DNA from: Candidatus Hydrogenedentota bacterium
Lineage (GTDB): Bacteria; Hydrogenedentota; Hydrogenedentia; Hydrogenedentales; SLHB01
Length of the DNA: 64,000 nucleotides
NCBI GenBank assembly: GCA_963745075.1
Contig: CAVUWV010000021.1
Coordinates: 1-64,000, forward strand
Reading direction: 5' to 3'
The notes below the pieces were generated by a model, which was not told the origin of the DNA, did no database searches, and was given only the letters and a program-made list of their open reading frames with translations. Each line of letters starts with the position of its first letter. Positions within the stretch are counted from its first letter, which is position 1. The position numbers were made by a program, and so were the translations under genes. Positions 61,909-64,000 of this stretch are shown in pieces.

Positions 61909-63474
61909 TCACGTCTTCCGTGTTGATCCCCGAAACGAACGAATGGCTGCGGCGATTGCGAGCAAACTGACCAGCACCAGCATCACATTCGGAACGAGCC
62001 GGGGCCCCGGAGGAAACGGATGTGGGCCGGGCCGCGCGGCCGGGAGAATCCCGCCAAGCCGGTTCATCCGCGTTTCGGCGGGTGTGACGTTTCCGAGCCG
62101 GTACATGTTGCCGCGACCATCGAAGTAGGTGTCGATCAACGTGAACCGCCCCCATGGATCGAACATCCCCGTGATGCCGGTATTGGCGCAATGGGCCAAC
62201 GGAAGCCGCGTCTCTACCGCCCGCACCCGGGCGATTTCGAGTTCCTGTTCGATGGCGCTGCTGGCCCCGAACCATCCGAGATTGGTCATCACGACCAGGA
62301 GATCGGCCCCTTCGCTCCGCAGATAGGCTGACATGGGCGCAAACAGAACTTCGAAGCAGATCAGCGGGCCGAGCGTTCGACCGTCAACGGCGAACACTTT
62401 CGGGGTTTTGCCCGGCTCGATATCCCCAATGGCGGGCACGACTTTGGATATGAAGGGCAAATACGCGCTCAGGGGAACGTATTCCCCAAACGGCGCCAAG
62501 TGGATCTTGTCGTAATAGTCCACAAGTTCCCCCTTCGCCGAAACCAGCTCACTGGAGTTCAGACTGCCCCCCGTCTCTGAATCGGTCCGCTCGGCGCCGG
62601 TCAACAAGGCCGCATGCGTGTCGCGGGTCAGGCGTTGCACCTCATCCAGGATCGGCGGGGAATCGATGTCGTCCATAATCAGACTTTCCGGCCACACGAA
62701 AAGGTCGACTGGCCCGGTTTGCGCCAACATGCGGGACTTGGCCGCAGCGTTCTGAACCATGTCCAGGGTGTACTCGGGATCCCACTTCATCTCGAGGGGG
62801 AAATCCGCTTGGAGCATGCCGACGCGGTATGGTTTCTCCCCGTAGTCGGCGGGCGCCAACAGAAGCCAACCGAAAGCGTGAACCCCGATCAAGATTAACG
62901 CCGCTGCGGCCGCGCGCGGAAAACGTCGTTCGCGCTGGACGATCGCGCCGGCAATCAGCCCATTGACGGCAACGAGAATCGCGGAAATCAGCGGCACCCC
63001 GCCGAGACAGGCCCACTGCAACAGCGACAAATCGCTGCCCTGCGAATAGCCGAGGGCGCCCCAGCCGAACCCCGTGAACGCGAAGGACTGCAGGTGTTCC
63101 ACGGCGCCCCACAAAAGCGCCAGCGTCAGTACGGGCGGAATCCGCGGCAGAACCTGCTTCATGTGAATCCACGCCCAGCCCTCGACGGCCCAGAAAAGCG
63201 CCATGATCGCAGAGAGCGCCACGTATCCCCAAAAGGCCCAGCCCCCGGCCCAGAACACGTTGGACATAAGCCACTGAAGCAGGACCAGATAGAATGCGAA
63301 ACCCGCAAGAAAGAATTGGCCGGCGGATTGGCGCGGGGTCGAGTTCCACACCCGGCAGAACAGGGGAATCAGCGCCACCCACGCCAAAGGGAACAGGTGG
63401 TAGGTGGGAAAGCACAGGGCAAGCAGCGCACCCGATGCAATGGCGACGACATAGGTTTTCAGGAAGGACATCAT
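61909..63474 (-). CDS. lnt: Apolipoprotein N-acyltransferase
   Basis: 'GFGWGALGYSQ', 'VWPES', 'YDKIHLAPFGEYVP', 'ICFE', 'RAVETR', 'ANTGIT'. Confidence 0.95.
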   Translation of the reverse strand: MMSFLKTYVVAIASGALLALCFPTYHLFPLAWVALIPLFCRVWNSTPRQSAGQFFLAGFAFYLVLLQWLMSNVFWAGGWAFWGYVALSAIMALFWAVEGWAWIHMKQVLPRIPPVLTLALLWGAVEHLQSFAFTGFGWGALGYSQGSDLSLLQWACLGGVPLISAILVAVNGLIAGAIVQRERRFPRAAAAALILIGVHAFGWLLLAPADYGEKPYRVGMLQADFPLEMKWDPEYTLDMVQNAAAKSRMLAQTGPVDLFVWPESLIMDDIDSPPILDEVQRLTRDTHAALLTGAERTDSETGGSLNSSELVSAKGELVDYYDKIHLAPFGEYVPLSAYLPFISKVVPAIGDIEPGKTPKVFAVDGRTLGPLICFEVLFAPMSAYLRSEGADLLVVMTNLGWFGASSAIEQELEIARVRAVETRLPLAHCANTGITGMFDPWGRFTLIDTYFDGRGNMYRLGNVTPAETRMNRLGGILPAARPGPHPFPPGPRLVPNVMLVLVSLLAIAAAIRSFRGSTRKT

Positions 63475-63550
63475 GGGACGCGAATCATGCGGGACGACAT
63501 GGAGAAAAATCAACCGCCACCATGCGTTGCAGTTCCCGAAAAGCCGGAAC

Positions 63551-64000
63551 CTACAGCTCCTCGTCCATGAGGTCGACTTCTTGCTGAAGCTTGTCGCGAT
63601 TACGCCATTCGGTTCCACGCCAGAAGTCGAGCGCGTTCTCCATCGGCGGTTTCATGTCGCGCAAATCGACCACGGTGGGCGACACGAAGATGAGAAGATG
63701 GCTGTTCAGAATGTCGTTCTTCCGTCCACGGAACGGGATGCCCAACACCGGTAGCCGCCCGATGATCGGCACGCGCTTTTCCGTCTTCCGGATCACCCGG
63801 CTGGACAACCCGCCGATGACCAGCGTTTGCGAATTCGGGACCAGCACCGACCCCGTCTGTTTTCGGCTGGAAAACACCGGCACCTGCAACCCCTGGATGG
63901 GGGTGTCGCGCAAACGGTCGCTTACTTCCAAGTTCGTGATGTCGATTCGGACGATGTTGTCGGGCCGGACTACGGGTTTCAGGTTGATATTTACGCCCAG
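63551..64000 (-). CDS. Secretin (GspD/PilQ family) C-terminal part; starts outside the window
   Basis: 'QTLVIGGL...RVPIIGRLPVLGIPFR...LLIFVSPTVV'. Confidence 0.88.
   Translation of the reverse strand: MGVNINLKPVVRPDNIVRIDITNLEVSDRLRDTPIQGLQVPVFSSRKQTGSVLVPNSQTLVIGGLSSRVIRKTEKRVPIIGRLPVLGIPFRGRKNDILNSHLLIFVSPTVVDLRDMKPPMENALDFWRGTEWRNRDKLQQEVDLMDEEL

Noticed and set aside
1..64000. tRNA, rRNA, prophage, integrase or autonomous transposase
   Set aside because: None recognised by eye; tRNAscan-SE and Infernal scans would be needed to exclude small RNAs.

Overview
GC-rich bacterial chromosomal segment. The many Gly-Cys-Pro lipoproteins, FGE-sulfatase and PKD proteins, and an ECF sigma factor fused to a membrane anchor suggest a Ca. 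Hydrogenedentota/PVC-like organism (inference only). 1-26.5 kb holds accessory envelope, secreted and carbohydrate genes: PKD lipoprotein, GT2-methyltransferase fusion, an uncharacterised GH-like protein next to a GH29 fucosidase, Ntn acylase, Tat-DUF362, heparinase II/III-like lyase, two FGE-domain lipoproteins, ECF-sigma fusion, crotonase, two beta-repeat lipoprotein paralogs, putP and an HtrA protease. 26.9-42.9 kb is a flagellar cluster behind a consensus sigma-54 promoter: flgBC-fliE-[mini-FliF]-fliFGHIJ-motE-fliK-flgD-[TIGR02530-like]-flgE-motAB-fliL-fliN-fliO-fliP. It has no fliM and stops after fliP at a 1.2-kb patch of nested MITE/REPIN-like elements. 44-64 kb is mostly housekeeping: ROK kinase, XPB-associated/WYL protein plus a small partner, EF-G paralog, glycosyltransferase, AmmeMemoRadiSam B and A, PNP, dGTPase, metallophosphoesterase, galK, EF-hand protein, murJ, lnt and a secretin C-terminus. 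Many genes at 13-21.5 kb and 35-41.6 kb carry single-base insertions that look like long-read errors. The best candidate for an undescribed system is a two-hairpin structured RNA on the flgE leader, directly downstream of a small RNase-fold-like flagellar protein. Runners-up are a truncated FliF paralog and a secreted, catalytically degenerate Memo protein.
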